NCBI GenBank assembly: GCA_011109175.1
Contig: RDEW01000082.1
Span: 62,001-126,000 of the forward strand
DNA length: 64,000 nt
Direction of reading: 5' to 3'
Source of the DNA: Dicyema japonicum
Taxonomy: Eukaryota; Animalia; Dicyemida
The position numbers and the translations under genes were made by a program. The notes below the pieces were generated by a model that was given only the letters and a program-made list of their open reading frames with translations, made no database searches and had not been told where the DNA came from. Below, one piece after another: positions 1 to 12,977 of this stretch (its first letter is position 1; every line of letters starts with the position of its first letter).

Positions 1-210
1 ATAACTCAATTCTTTCGTTTAATAAACAATTTTTGTAATTACAGGCTTTTTAGTATCAGTGGAAATCGACACTTAAATTTGACAATTTACGTTGTTAATA
101 TTGTGACTACGATAAGCCCACTTAATATAGCCTTGAGTCTATTTTCGGCGACAAAATACATAATTTGAGCATTTGGATCATTTTTGTGAATCACAGTTAT
201 TATTTTAAGT

Positions 211-891
211 TTAAACAATTTCCAATAAATATGATTCTGTATTTTCACTGAGATGTTGTATCATCAAAGTATATAGGGTTTCCCGACCAATATTGTCACT
301 TTCCCGATCAGTAGCGTCACTTTCATAACAATTAGCGGAACTTTCCCGATCAATAGTGTCACTTTCATGACCATTAGCGTCTCTTTCATGACCATTATCG
401 TCACTTTCATGACCATTAGCGTCTCTTTCATGACCAATATCGTCACTTTCATGACCATTAGCGTCTCTTTCATGACCATTAGTGTCTCTTTCATGACCAA
501 TATCGTCACTTTCATGACCATTAGCGTCACTTTCATGACCAATATCGTCACTTTCATGACCATTAGTGTCACTTTCATGACTAATAGCGTCTCTTTCATT
601 ACCAATATCGTCACTTTCTCGATCAATAGCGTCACTTTCATGACAATTAGCGGAACTTTCCCGATCAATATCGTCACTTTCATGACCAATATTGTCACTT
701 TCATGAACATTAGCGTCTCTTTCATGACCAATATCGTCACTTTCATGACCATTAGCGTCACTTTCATGACCAATAGCGTCACTAAAAGAACATCTTAAAA
801 CCGGACAATCTCCATGTTCCATTACACCTGGTTGAAACCATATAAAATGTGAGATAGTAGTGATTCTTAAAATCAATAACAATATATCCAC
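211..891 (-). CDS. Possible His/Asp/Glu-rich heptad-repeat protein (226 aa) spanning the minisatellite
   Basis: ORF has a hydrophobic N-terminus followed by (GHE[SR]D[DA][IN])n. It may be open only because the repeat lacks stops. Confidence 0.25.
   Translation of the reverse strand: MDILLLILRITTISHFIWFQPGVMEHGDCPVLRCSFSDAIGHESDANGHESDDIGHERDANVHESDNIGHESDDIDRESSANCHESDAIDRESDDIGNERDAISHESDTNGHESDDIGHESDANGHESDDIGHERDTNGHERDANGHESDDIGHERDANGHESDDNGHERDANGHESDTIDRESSANCYESDATDRESDNIGRETLYTLMIQHLSENTESYLLEIV
270..785. repeat. 21-bp minisatellite, about 24 units, with two alternating variants (TCACTTTCATGACCAATATCG / TCTCTTTCATGACCATTAGCG)
   Basis: Tandem periodicity is directly visible. It translates as 7-aa repeats in three stop-free frames (GHESDDI/GHERDAN; MKVTILV; FMTNIVT). 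Confidence 0.95.
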
Positions 892-964
892 ATCTGTAAT
901 ATTCCCTATTTTTTATTTGAAGGAAAGTTGCTGTATTGTCATAATTAATTTTAATCTAATTTAT

Positions 965-1470
965 TAAACCCAGATACACCGAGAAAAAAGTTAAAGTAAA
1001 CAACAAATTAATGTATCCAGTTTTCACTTCCACAGAAACACCACATAGCGCCAAGCGTTGTTAATATTGCTACCAACAAAAAAGATCCTTGAACACGCAG
1101 CACCACATTGCGCCACGCGGCTAAATTGGTTTATTAATTAACCCCGGATACACCGAGAAAGAAGTTAAAGTAAACAACTAATTAAGTGTATCCAGTTTCC
1201 ACTTCCACAGAAACAGAGTCCATTAGGAATCAACATAAAAGGTAAGACGTCCATTACATGCAGTTGTGGAAACCCCTCCAGTGGAGTAGGGAAGAGCAAA
1301 TGATCCTTTTTCATGCCGGCCTGGCACTGGGCGTTACCTAGACAGGTGGATCACATCTATTAGGAAGAGAGAGGAGGAACAGACATGCAAGCAAAAAATT
1401 TAAACCAATTAACCACGCAGCACCACGTGGCGCCACGCTTTTTGGTCCCGCGGCTAAATTGGTTTTATTA
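965..1470 (-). mobile_element. 3' fragment of a dispersed LINE-like repeat with local tandem duplications (related copies at about 14910-15140, 29640-29910 and 33050-33120)
   Basis: Shared core GATCC..TGCCGGCC.GG...TGGG.GT...AGGTGGAT across copies. 969-1040 is duplicated at 1146-1215. The 29640 copy encodes LWRSHWIHL, like L1-type C-termini. Confidence 0.5.
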
Positions 1471-1959
1471 TCTTTGATTGAATTTTATTTTTATTGCAAT
1501 GTTATAGAATTTCTCTGATGGTTCAATAAAAAAAATTAATTTGTTAATTTTGTATTGAAATTGCAATTTATGATACAAACCACTATTATCTCTGATACTG
1601 ACTAATTTACTTGTCTATTATTTAGAAACACATTATTACACTGGACACGGTCAATACTTTGTAATGGATGTCTCCACTCCTTTTTAAAACCGACATACTC
1701 TCCGGTTTCTCTCCACATTTGGTAAGATCGTGTTTTGCAAAACAAAGACACTCTTCTTTTCTTTGCAGAAATCTGGTATGTGACCAAAGAATAGCCAATT
1801 ATAATTTCTCCAGGCAATTATAACGTATAACAGACTGAACAATCTCTGCCAATTTCGTCATTCCCTTCATGCATTGGGAATCAAAGCCAGGAGGAGTTCT
1901 TTTCCGGATCTGTCCTGGACTTATCCAACACAGATGAATGCCGACATCGCTTGAATCAA

Positions 1960-3500
1960 TTAATGTCCGAGATGGTGATCCCGTTTAAGATCCCAAGATA
2001 ACAGTCGACTTATGTCGTTGACAGCTAATCACAATCATAGACGATACTCGAGATGCCTGGATCCACCTCCTCTATTTTCCACCTCATTTTTTTGATCACA
2101 TCCAACCGAACTGGTGAAAAGAACCTCCTTCAATCATTCATCGAGAGAAATACCTCCAAATACTAAATTGTCAGCCTAACGATTACACTTGGAAGTCTTC
2201 CAATCTCCAATTATTCACCCTTATCATCCAGAGTCAAGAACAACGAGCGGGATCTATGTAAAAAGAGTGAACACAATCATGGTCTGAGACATTCAGGGGC
2301 ATAGGCACACTCAAGGAACGACAAGACTCTTTTACCAACAAGAGAGATCCTAGACTGCAGTCGTTACTGCATACTGTTACTGCAGTCGATGTGAGCAACT
2401 CCGCCATCAATTCAATAAAGGCTCTTAGTGACCACATTCTTCGGGCAGAGATATCAGATTATGCCCGAATTCCTATTTTCATCAAAATTAATTGCCTTAA
2501 GAAAGCCTCGTGGTCCAGACCCATCGCTATAGGCGATGTAATCAGACGTCAGAGCAACCTGCCAAATTCTAAGCTCTGAATTTAGCCTAAGAATGACCCC
2601 CCCAAATGGAATTATAGAGGTATGTGTTTCCAGGATGCTGTAAATCAGAAGGATGGTAAACCTCATATAGTTCGATAGGCACGTGATTTCAAGCAACACA
2701 CACTCGAATTAGGACTGACCGACAAGACTTCTCATCGAGCTTAACGAAGCGACTAGTCGTCGCCTGTGTATCGACTCTACTGCCTCATCGATTAGAAGTC
2801 TGATGAATACATGGTATCTAAACGATGCGACCATTAGGGAAACTAGGAAACTGCAATGGAAAAGGTCAAGTTCTCCACCTTCACTCCTGCAGCATTTGGG
2901 ATGTAGCAAAATTTTTACAAATGCGAAGTCATTAGCGTTGCTTGTACAGAAGACTCTAACTAAATACTGGGAATGATTTTAGTTTATTTCTTGGGTTCCT
3001 GCCATATCTCAATTTTTACAAAAAAATAACGTTTCTGTCCAATTATTATCGTCTAACCTAACAAGTATTGATTCTCATACTCCATCATTTTTCATTTCTA
3101 CTGGTCTCTTGCGCCAGATCCAGCTCCACATAAACAAGCTGAACGAGTAGCATGCGTTGTTCAGGAAATTTATACCTGTCTAAGTCTGGGATCCTCTAAG
3201 AACACTGGAAACACCGAGGTTTTGAATGAACTGTTATGTTTCAAAGCTAATAAAACCAGAACTGGGAGGTCTCCTAAGTGAGTGTCTCTCCCCCAACCTT
3301 GGTAAATTACCCAGGATCAACCAAATAAAGGGCCGAGACCCTAAAAAATACTAAATTCTCGGTTGGCAGTTCAGTTTGAGCTAGTCGCCGTCGAAGCATT
3401 AGGGAGTCATTGGAAGCAGGCCACTAACCTTGCTGATTGGATCCCTTATCGTGAAAGTAAGAGACGGTCACACTTAATTGAAAAATATATTTAGATAGTC
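1960..3500 (+). mobile_element. Decayed CRE-like non-LTR retrotransposon (RT and restriction-like endonuclease remnants)
   Basis: Motifs RPIAIGDVIRR (about 2520), WYLNDATI (about 2810) and VAVEALG (about 3385) match the better-preserved copy at 36480-38080. Confidence 0.65.
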
Positions 3501-3879
3501 TTCAAAAATCTCTCCAGATCATCGTAAAGTATCTTCATCCATCAAACCTTCGATGTACCCTATAGCATCTAATGTAGGGAACATCAGAAGGGAACACCCT
3601 CTTGTATCTTCTTCTGCTTCTAGACATTTTCTTCAATTCTCACCGTCCGCTGAAAGAAGTCCACCCAGGAACACAGTTGTGAGAATACCTCCAAAGAATG
3701 ATCCATTAAAGTGGGAGAGAAGTAGTAATCACACACCACGTTTATTGATCCACGGAAAAGAAACATAACACATCAAGACAACCCTGACAAAGTAGGGAGT
3801 AATGGGGACCAAATCCAGGAGATCCTGCCACAAAACCATCCCCAATTAGTACCCAATCATGAAAAGTAAAGACATAAGA

Positions 3880-5381
3880 TTAACTACGTTTATTATTAAA
3901 AATCATAGACTCAAAACGACAAACAATCTCATCAGCAATGGACATGGATGCTGTCGCCCCAGGAGAAGCACAATTACGCACGTGGAGTATTCTCGGAGAC
4001 ATTCCCCAACACTCCTACCTTCTTCGAATACAAAATCATCAAACAAATTCCCCATTACAACTCAGCGACTGTGCTCTCACACCAGAAGGTCCTCTTCATA
4101 TAAACAAACACGGCAAACCTACGAACATCACCAACAGTCAACGATGGCATATATCTACTCAGTTCCTTGATCTGCCTCTTAACACACAGACTCTTCTGCA
4201 TCTCGGAGACACCAAATCCAACATATTTGGAGGTAAGGGTCACAAATCCACTACAGTAAACACATCAATCACGGGGTTGTTATCATCCTGGCAATATCAC
4301 GGACACTGATGTATCCATACGAATATCCCTCACGGTGAAAGGCAAGGACAGCATTTGGCCCCAAGAATACTGACCCATCTACTCTGGGAGTGATATGGAC
4401 TCCCAGGAAAGGAAGATCAGGATGGGGTACCTCACATAATGAGTACTTAGTACAGGATATACGCAGGAGTTCACAAGTCCTGGGTTCTTTAACACCAAAT
4501 ACTCCCCACGAACAGGTATTACGGAAGGAGAAGCACTTCCCCCACAAGCACGTGCCAATATATCAGAGTACAGCCCGGCACAGAATACGGCATATCTCGA
4601 CTCCAAGTATCGTTTCTAAATATGACTAACAGCAACAGCCTGTTCGACGTCCTTTGACATGATTGAGATGGGGTAATCCTTCAGAGGGATCAATCCAACG
4701 CCCCCAACTTCAAAGCAGGTGTAAACAAGTCCCCCTAGATCACGAAAATCTCTCGCAAATGACTCCGTGACCACTCCATAGTCCACAGTAGCAGTGGAAG
4801 GACAGTGGATCGCTGACATCCCCTTTATTAACTCCCAAATCAATAACAGTTATGTTGGGCTCGATGTCCTGTATTTCTTCCAAAGTATTCAATAATTTTA
4901 TGTCACCCACTTTATTTTCTATCCCCCTCTTATATAAATCGTTGAGTCCCCCAAGTTGGCTAGCATTCGTGGCGACAATAAGCTACACTGGTTATGTACA
5001 TGTGCAACCTTTCCACATGTCTTGTAAGGAATCGACTTTTCGTTTATGTACTCGAGAAGTTTGATTCTCCCGGTGCCACACAATTTGTTCTGAAGACTAC
5101 CATGTTTGTAATAAATCCCCGAGTGAATGACCCCACTGTTTCTCCCTGATTGGTGAAGTCCTTGATTTAGGTTAGTGATTACCCAAGTCCACTTCCTTCT
5201 CCAATATTGCCATTGATAGTTCAGGGTACTTTGTTTTTAGGGCTCTCGCAGTGGCACACCCAATAATCCCCCCTCCCACAATAACAACATCAAATTGGTA
5301 GTTCTGTGATCTTAATAAACCTGTTAAATGTATTAATGTTACTTTTTATAATCATAACTTTGGAAAAATTTGTTTGAACAT
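3880..5381 (-). CDS. L2HGDH: L-2-hydroxyglutarate dehydrogenase, 8 introns of 21-26 nt
   Basis: Spliced translation gives [109 protein letters not shown]. There are 2-3 single-base homopolymer indels. An alternative ATG lies at about 5355. Confidence 0.92.
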
Positions 5382-7224
5382 CCTCGGATTTTTATGAAAT
5401 TTAAATTTCGGTACAAATGAAGCATCAATACAATAAATAAATATTTGACCACTAAACTACAATTTTCAAATTGTGTGGTGTTATTCAAATATTTATTTAA
5501 TTTTTTATCTAATGTTGTTTAATTAACAATGTTCAATTATTTATATAATAAATATTAAAACCGATATCTCTGAATATTATTGAGATCGTCGAAAAAGACG
5601 CCCATATCGTTTCGGAGAACACTAAAGGACCATTCATAACTTTACAGATGAAATAGTATGGCATTACTGAATTAGTTGGAAGACGCTAGAGGCAGGGGTG
5701 CTATATTGTCGCTGATAAATCAACTCTCATTTACGCTATGTTCTAGATATCCTCTTACAGTGCCTGTCAAACTTGCTAATTTATAGCAAAAACGAAACAA
5801 TTTTCTGTTTAGTCCGCCAGTTGTCTCAACCACCACTGCAGTGAACGTGTATTTTTGAGTTCCAGGCACTGTAGATTACCTTTCGTTAAGTTATCGCTTT
5901 ATAAATAGCTCCTGAGTGTTCTGCGATGATATTCGCTAGCTCGTTCTGATCCGCAATTCGTCCCCCATTTTTGTCATTGAGATTACTGAACTACTAGTTG
6001 GTTGAAAGCACTCCTGCGTAACCCATAGGCAAATGAATACTTAAGCTTCCGCATGTGCCGTGCTTTTTATTATTTGTTCTTCAAGTTTTCTCCATGCAAC
6101 ATTCCTTCTCTCACGCTTCCTAGTTCATCGATGTCGTCCGCTATTTTCATTTCCACCAATTTGGGCATAATCTTGACCCAGGCAGAGAGGAAGCGTAGTT
6201 TATTTCGTTCACGAAAGCCCCCAGTTACATTCTGATTGAATAAACCTTCATAATGAGGTCACATTGTCACCACATCGATTCGAAAAATATGCTCAAGCTG
6301 ACAGCGAGATTTTGTCACCACAGCTGATATCTGTGGTATTCGTCAAGTTAGTCAAGATCTGCTTTTGAACGTTCCCCAAGTTCCTGAGTTTGTATAGAGG
6401 ATCGGTTTTACGAACGAATGAAATAGACGTATCCGGAGACGTGCCAAAGACTCAAATCTTTTTCACTGTACTGGGTCACTAGTTAACAATAAAAATATCA
6501 AATATCAATTAAATTAATTAAAATATTATTTTTTTCAAATATTATTTCCTAAATATTTTTCACAGTGTAAAGGTTTTTCCAGGCAAGGGGGCTGAAGGTC
6601 CCTAGTTCATATCCCTATGCTTTGGCTTGACGAGTGAAGCCTCCATCAGTGAACTTGTTACTGCGGAACGGATTGTCTATAAAGGAAATACACCAAACAA
6701 ATATAAAAAAGAAGCGAAGAGCATTCCTTGGTTCTCCCTCTACGATAAGTTATAGTAACTGTTCTTCGCTTAAATAAAGTGTGTGTCCAGTCTGAGCGGA
6801 GCTATAGCTAACATAGCTGCGTATAAATTCAGTTTTTTTATTTCCTAAAATAATATTGATAGTTAAGTTACTTGAATAACATAAATTTAAATAAATAAAA
6901 GATACTCAATTTTTGTAAATAAGTCTTGCAAAGTTGGGATGACGACATCATCCGAATCTCCACTCGTATAGATATATAATTGGTTCTCCAAACCACCGAT
7001 TTGTCAGATATGCAACTCTGCCGAAGAAAATAGAACATTTACTGTAACAAACTATGAATTTAATCCAGCAATATAATTAGGAAACTGAAGGACCCATAAG
7101 GTAATTCTGTAGCCAAGTCAGACGATTGGGTTTCATTCAGCATTTAAAAGAAAAGTTGGAAGAAATATTTGTTAATCCCTTGACAGGTCCTGTGTCTCCA
7201 AATGTTTAGATTCAATCCCGAAAT

Positions 7225-8201
7225 ATGAGTGTTAGAGGAAAAGTGATTTTGACTTTGTTGATTACTTCAGTTATTTCACTCAATATTACGGGAATCTTCT
7301 TCCTGTTGGAGAGTCTCTTTGCTGGTAGTGTGTGGTTATTTAATAGGTCCGTTCACAAGGAAATCGGTGGACATTCAATATGATTATCAAACTACATTTA
7401 CTCCCAGTTGGTGGGTTAGCAATCACTGGAATGCCGTCTTTGTGTGGTTTGGGTTCTTTATGGTCTACTGTTTGTCCACTACTATAAGGAGAATCCATTA
7501 TAATCAACGTTCCAAAGTGAAGCTTAGAACCCGGATATTTGTGTGAAGAACCACGAATGGGAGTTATTCACCCAATCGTTTACTTGTCGATTACCGCCAT
7601 ATTTCTGATATTGTTGGTTTATCTGTTCTTGTGGGACATGCTTCTCTTCCGTGGTTGTGTCGTTTTATTGATCTCCTGTATTCTATCCCACTATGCTTAT
7701 TACTTGTTCGCTTACCACATGAAACAAGTGGATGTCGACTTATTTGATTATAACAAGGTCACAGATGTGTGGCTTGTACGAGTCCTTGGGTTGAATGGCC
7801 TTGGCCTTCTTACCAGTTGGCTTACATTTCTATGTCTGCTAAACCTTTCCGTTGCTGTTGTTTACCAGGATGGGGGAAGTCCAACAGGCGTCAACCGTGA
7901 AGTTGCTGGAAATATATCTGGCATATTTTATTCTGGATGGATTTTGATCACTCTCCTTCTTGATTTGTTTATGCTTAAAGGCATCGCGAGGTATGTCATA
8001 CTTCACTATATTTCTGCGATGGTGTGTGGATGTGGAATTGTTACGTCCCATCCTTCAGGTCATGGAAACTCTCCGTGGGTTGGATTTGTCATAATAGGAT
8101 TAGCTGGGGTTGCTTTTGTTGCTAAACTGACTGTCGATGTTTGGCGTTATTTCAAAACCAAATCATCTCCAAGAATAGTTGAATCAAACTTACTTAACTA
8201 A
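7225..8201 (+). CDS. Uncharacterised multi-pass membrane protein, 2 introns (22 and 19 nt)
   Basis: ATG 7225; introns gtagtgtgtggttatttaatag and gttccaaagtgaagcttag join three ORF pieces. About 7-8 hydrophobic segments. Motifs TTFTPSWW and DVWLVRVLGLNG..SWLTFLCLLNL recall a widespread TspO-like metazoan family. Confidence 0.75.
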
Positions 8202-8559
8202 TGTTTTTTAATTTTTTGGCTTAGTTTCTCAGATTTGGCATAATCTCTCTTATTTTGGTTCTAATTTGATTTTAGTCGGGGTACTTTACATAGCTCGCAC
8301 CATGGTGGATACTCAGAGAGTTTCATACAATTCATCACCTATGAAGCTAGTACAGGTAGATACTCCGGGCTCTCCGTCTCGCCGTTCCAGGGAGGCTGGC
8401 TGCAACATTGGGAGTTCTGTCAGACCAGTAACGTTTAACGACATCATTCAGTTAAGTTCGGGAACCCCAGCGCTTCTTCGCCAAGATAGCGTCCTATGCA
8501 TCGACAGTCATCGGACCAAAAATGATGTACTTTTTCTATTTTTCGGGGGTTAGTCCTAA

Positions 8560-9120
8560 TAATCGCTTATCGAATTCAAATCTCATTAATGGGTAATCAA
8601 CCTCAAGGGTACAACCTCTTCTCTTATAGGAGTTATCTACCAACTCATCCTATTCAAAGTCTCCATTCTGATGCCCTCAGAACTACCTTATCCACGTGTT
8701 GATTGGAAGAGGAAATAATTCTTGTTAGATACCTTCATTCCAGATTCAATTACCGTACCCTCCAAAGTTTTCTTCAATACTACTGCTTGGATATAAGTCC
8801 TCATTGTTTCTTCCAATAGAAATTATATTCTAATATTCCAACTTCCAAATTGCAAAAGAATATCATCGTTGAAAATTCTAACACGGATACCTTGTCTGTC
8901 TGCATGTTTGGTGTCCGTCCGCAGTATCTAGTTTTAGAGATAAGGCAATTCTCTGTGGTCCCAAAGTAAAGCAAAGGGGATTTTTATGATATCGAAATAG
9001 GAATAGAGACGACGAGAGAACGGTACCCAAGTTAGAAGATGTTGAAAATTGATTTTGTGTGTTAAAATAGGATTTTATGACTTGAATTAGGTCAAATTTT
9101 TGACAAGGCAAATTATAACG
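8560..9120 (-). mobile_element. Decayed non-LTR RT fragment (R2/NeSL-like)
   Basis: Interrupted RT-like peptides such as FGTTENCLISK with multiple stops. Confidence 0.35.
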
Positions 9121-10139
9121 TGAATTCTCCCACCAAACAGCCTCCATCTTGACTCCAAGAGCCTATGATATTGAACGTTAAGAGGGAGAAGCCTTGTCCT
9201 TGAATTCCGTGTAGTCATATATTTTTAACTTAATTCATCACCTTAGTAATAATTATCGCAACCAAAAGAAACATTTTTTTTTAAAAATAATAAAAAAGTT
9301 TTTTTTTTAAATGTCGGAAGAATGCTTGCCAGAAAAAAGGGATCAACGAGAGGGTTCTGACTGAGACAAAGATTTCAATGGTTATATTCCGAGGGAACTA
9401 TTTCACGATCCAGGCAGCAGGCTTCCTCAATTAACATTAGTTTCTTTGTTAAATAAGTTTTTTTTAAATACCAGTTTATTTTTTTGTAAAATACTAGTAA
9501 ATTGATTATTAAATAAATATATCAAATTCCAATTTTGTGGATTTTTACTAAATAGCATTTATGGTAATGGTGCTTTATAGTACCCCTAAAGCATTTATTA
9601 CCCAATAAGCAATTATAACCCCAAGACCTAGACATCGGTCCCCTTTTTTCGGAGATAAAAACAAATTTTTGATTTTGTCTAAAAACGTGATTGGCGTAGA
9701 GGAGAGACGAATATGGGGCACCTTGACATCAATTCTCCTCCCCATTTTAAATTAACCTCCTTTGAAGCTTCTTTATTTAAAGTATCCAGTGATAAAGGAT
9801 ACCGTAACTCCCTTTTCCGTAATCTCTTCCAACAATGAACACGACTTTTTTTTGGTTCAATACACCTATTTCTGAAGGAATTCTCACGGGATTTGATTCG
9901 TCGTGCGAAATTGATCCACAACATTAGCAATCTTAGATAAAACCATATTTAGTAAAACATAGGTCAGTCGTCGATCATCGCTTATGTCCAGAATAATTTT
10001 AATAATGAAGTCAAGAGAACTGTCATGTCAATCAAAAGATTAGTCAATCTCATTATGTGAACGAACAAAGTGAATTCTTGACACATTTTTTTAAATTCCA
10101 GAAAATAGATTTCATTTATAAATCAGATTTCGCTTTACA

Positions 10140-11475
10140 ATGAAAATGCTATTTTTCTATATTTTCTTTTTTGACTGTTCTGGTAACTCGCTTGAATTTG
10201 GTAAATCGATGTTGACACTTTAAATAGAACCACAGGATATAAGAGCCAACTTTGAAGGTCATGGCTACTACATCTACTACGATGACGGAGAAGAATTTAT
10301 TCAAGAACACCATACGTTTGCATGTATGCCTCACTATCTGGCGATCATTAATAGCCAAGCTGAACTTAAGTTTTTATCTTGTATGGTGATAGAGTTATTA
10401 AAATAGATTTACTAGACAAATATTTTTGGATAAACGGAAAAACATTAAATGGTGAGAATAAATTATATAATGGATCTCGTATGGTTGAATTTAATAATCA
10501 TCAAGCCTTATTCAAGAATTCTAAGTTATTATAATCAGAATAAATCTTACGGAATATATGTAGAATCATGTTCATTAGAAATGAGAGTTCAAAATATCAA
10601 CACGAAGATGAAAGGTGTTTGCGAAAAGGGTTAGATATATTTTTTGTTTCAGATACCATATTTTCTGGAGCAAAGAGTTTCAAGGCGAATGAATTTGATA
10701 ATATAACCGAGAGAAAATCTTACTTACATACAATGAAACAGGGTTTATAGGTTCACATGAAAATATACAATACTTTTACTACGATGACCACATCTATATG
10801 CATATAAAGAAATATATGACTATTAATGAAATTACCAAGAGTGCACAAAACACTCTGCTACCCTTTTATTGATTAAGAGTCAATCAGAGAATGAATTTGT
10901 TGGGAGTATTTTCTATAAATATAAACTCAGAAATTATGTCCGGAAGCTCATTTATTGGAGTTTCCGTTGATGTGGGTTATCAAAATTGGCAATGTGATGA
11001 TGCTAAAAGAAAGGTGCAAAACTCTCAAACTCCAAATGCAGCAGTCATGGATCATTGTAATGGTCATTGGAGATATATTTCTGATAGACGTGAAATTCAT
11101 TATGGATTATGTGTGTCTAGTTTAATTCTTTACTAATTTTTAAAGATAGCCTAGATTTATTACTGACTCTAAAATTCCTATTTCCTTTTCCGTCGAGTTT
11201 TAAGTTTGAAGAGATTTTAAAAAATTTCAACAGAAACTCTACAGCTATAAATAAAGGAGCTTCAACAAAAGTTAATTCCACATCTTTAACTAAAGAAGCT
11301 TCAAAAGGGGTTATTTTAATATTGATTTTAGAGCTTTCAATGCAGAAAAATCATATTAGTAAAAATATTCTTTGTAATCTTTTTCTCCAGTATCGCCATT
11401 CAGTCATTGACAGTTCTCTTGATTGATAAAATATTTAAAAAAGGACATAATGTATGTGTCATCACTAACCAATAA
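10140..11475 (+). CDS. Double C-type-lectin-like type-I membrane protein, paralog 1 (7 introns, two 1-nt frameshifts at about 10725 and 10838)
   Basis: Signal-like N-terminus; F.GHGYY..C....LAIINSQAELKFL..FWING..VCEK; second domain YFY..C....LLLIKSQSENEFV..FIG..W..CNGHW..GLC; C-terminal TM exon. Intron positions are shared with three paralogs. Confidence 0.7.
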
Positions 11476-12059
11476 TTATAATTTCTCGGTAGTCCACTAC
11501 TAAATCTCGGATTTCATGTTAATTTTTATTTTATTAATACTAAGTAGCACAAAAAATTATGTCAGAATGCACTTATTATTGATCTTTAGGTTGCATTCAG
11601 ATTATATGTTCTTGAAGAATACTCCCTACGCTGTAGCCAATAAACCAAACTTCCCCCTTTTCAGTGAACCACCTAAAATGTTGCTTTTAATAGCCATGAG
11701 ATCGCCCAGAGTTGCCGTTCTCATGTTTCTTTGAATCAAATCTCACGTGGATCCTTGATGACCCTTTGGATCATGGAGCCCGACAGAATAGATCTTCAGC
11801 TGCTGGACCAAGGATTCCTGATATCTCAACAGCAAATGTGACAAAAAAGTGATCCTCCGTAATGCTTCAGTACTTCCTTCTCTTCTGATCCTCGGCTTGC
11901 TTAGAAGCATGACCTAGATCCGAGAGTGAAGCGGCCTAATTTGGCTATTTTTCAGATTGTGAAGGTAATAAATATACTATTTTCTTGGTAATGAATATAT
12001 ATTTTTTCATGTAGTTAGTTAATAGCACTCCCGCGTTGCCATAAGCACGTAAAATGCCC

Positions 12060-12430
12060 AGGGTTTCGCTCGTGCCGTACACTCGACTATCCTCCCAGTC
12101 AGCCTCTCATCTAGCTCAGTTCCTCACGTGTTTACTAATATCCTCAAGATCGTCTCCAGTTTTGAGTTGACCGCCAATTCGTGCGTGATCGTTGTTAAGG
12201 CAGAGGGGAAGCATACATCTTGGCCCACCTCGAAATCCAATTCCATGATTTGAATAGTAATCTCCATGATTTGATTGCAAGGAATCACTTCGTCCATTCT
12301 CAGAACATGTCCGAAAAGTCGCCAGCGTGAGGTAATTACTTCTCTGCTTATCGGTTTGCATTTACATAATTTGTAGAGAGTGTCGTTTTTGATAATCTGT
12401 GGCCATTTGATTCCCGCAATTTTTATCAAT
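12060..12430 (-). mobile_element. RTE-like LINE 3' end
   Basis: WPQIIKNDTLY..SRWRLFGHVLRMD..RGGPR is typical of the RTE-clade C-terminus. Confidence 0.7.
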
Positions 12431-12449
12431 TGATTGCTATGAATTTTTT

Positions 12450-12977
12450 TCATATATCAGAATAAAAAAATGTAATACGTATACTTTTACTTCATTCCAT
12501 GTGTAAAGTACCTTCCATAAATTCACAAAATTCCCTTATCCATGTAATTCAAAATAAGGCTTTTCCTATGATAATGCTTAATGTTCTTGATTATGCCTGC
12601 ATCCATTGGTTGATGAACAGTTGTGTTTTTTGGAGGAATAAAAATTGATTTCTTTCCTTTCTATCTTTAAATGAAATTGTTTTAGAAGGGAAAGATTGAG
12701 ATTCAGTTCACCATTGTTAAGAAAAAAAATTTATATGAGATAATTCACAGTCATTTTTGATGTATTTTGCTTTCACAGATCATTCTTTTCTATGAAATAT
12801 AAAATTCTTACCTTTTTTAAACCACGTGGCACAACAAGATTTTAAATTTAAAATGTAAATTCAATTAAATGTAGAATAAAAACAAAATAAATTAATTCGA
12901 AATTATTAATAAATGTCTTTCAGATTGGGAATAAGAAAGTTCGGATTATTGAAGTTCGGATTGGGGGTTTACTGTAT
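12450..12977 (-). mobile_element. pogo/Tigger-like DNA transposon remnant with one terminus
   Basis: Minus-strand PPKNTTVHQPMDAGIIKNIK (DDE_1 motif). Terminus ...CGGATTGGGGGTTTACTG-TA. Confidence 0.6.

Noticed and set aside
270-785. CRISPR-like array
   Set aside because: Contiguous tandem units with no unique spacers and no cas genes, in a eukaryotic context.
1095-1125. tRNA-like A-box / SINE head (GCCGCGTGGCGCAATGTGG on the minus strand)
   Set aside because: No B-box or cloverleaf follows; better explained as part of a LINE-derived repeat.
3859-4629. Plus-strand ORFs overlapping L2HGDH (and similar ones opposite BBS8, NDUFS2 and the RT genes)
   Set aside because: Antisense shadows of real coding sequence with no recognisable motifs.
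5930-6480. Possible CENP-B/pogo-like fragment
   Set aside because: Too decayed to support with a recognisable motif.
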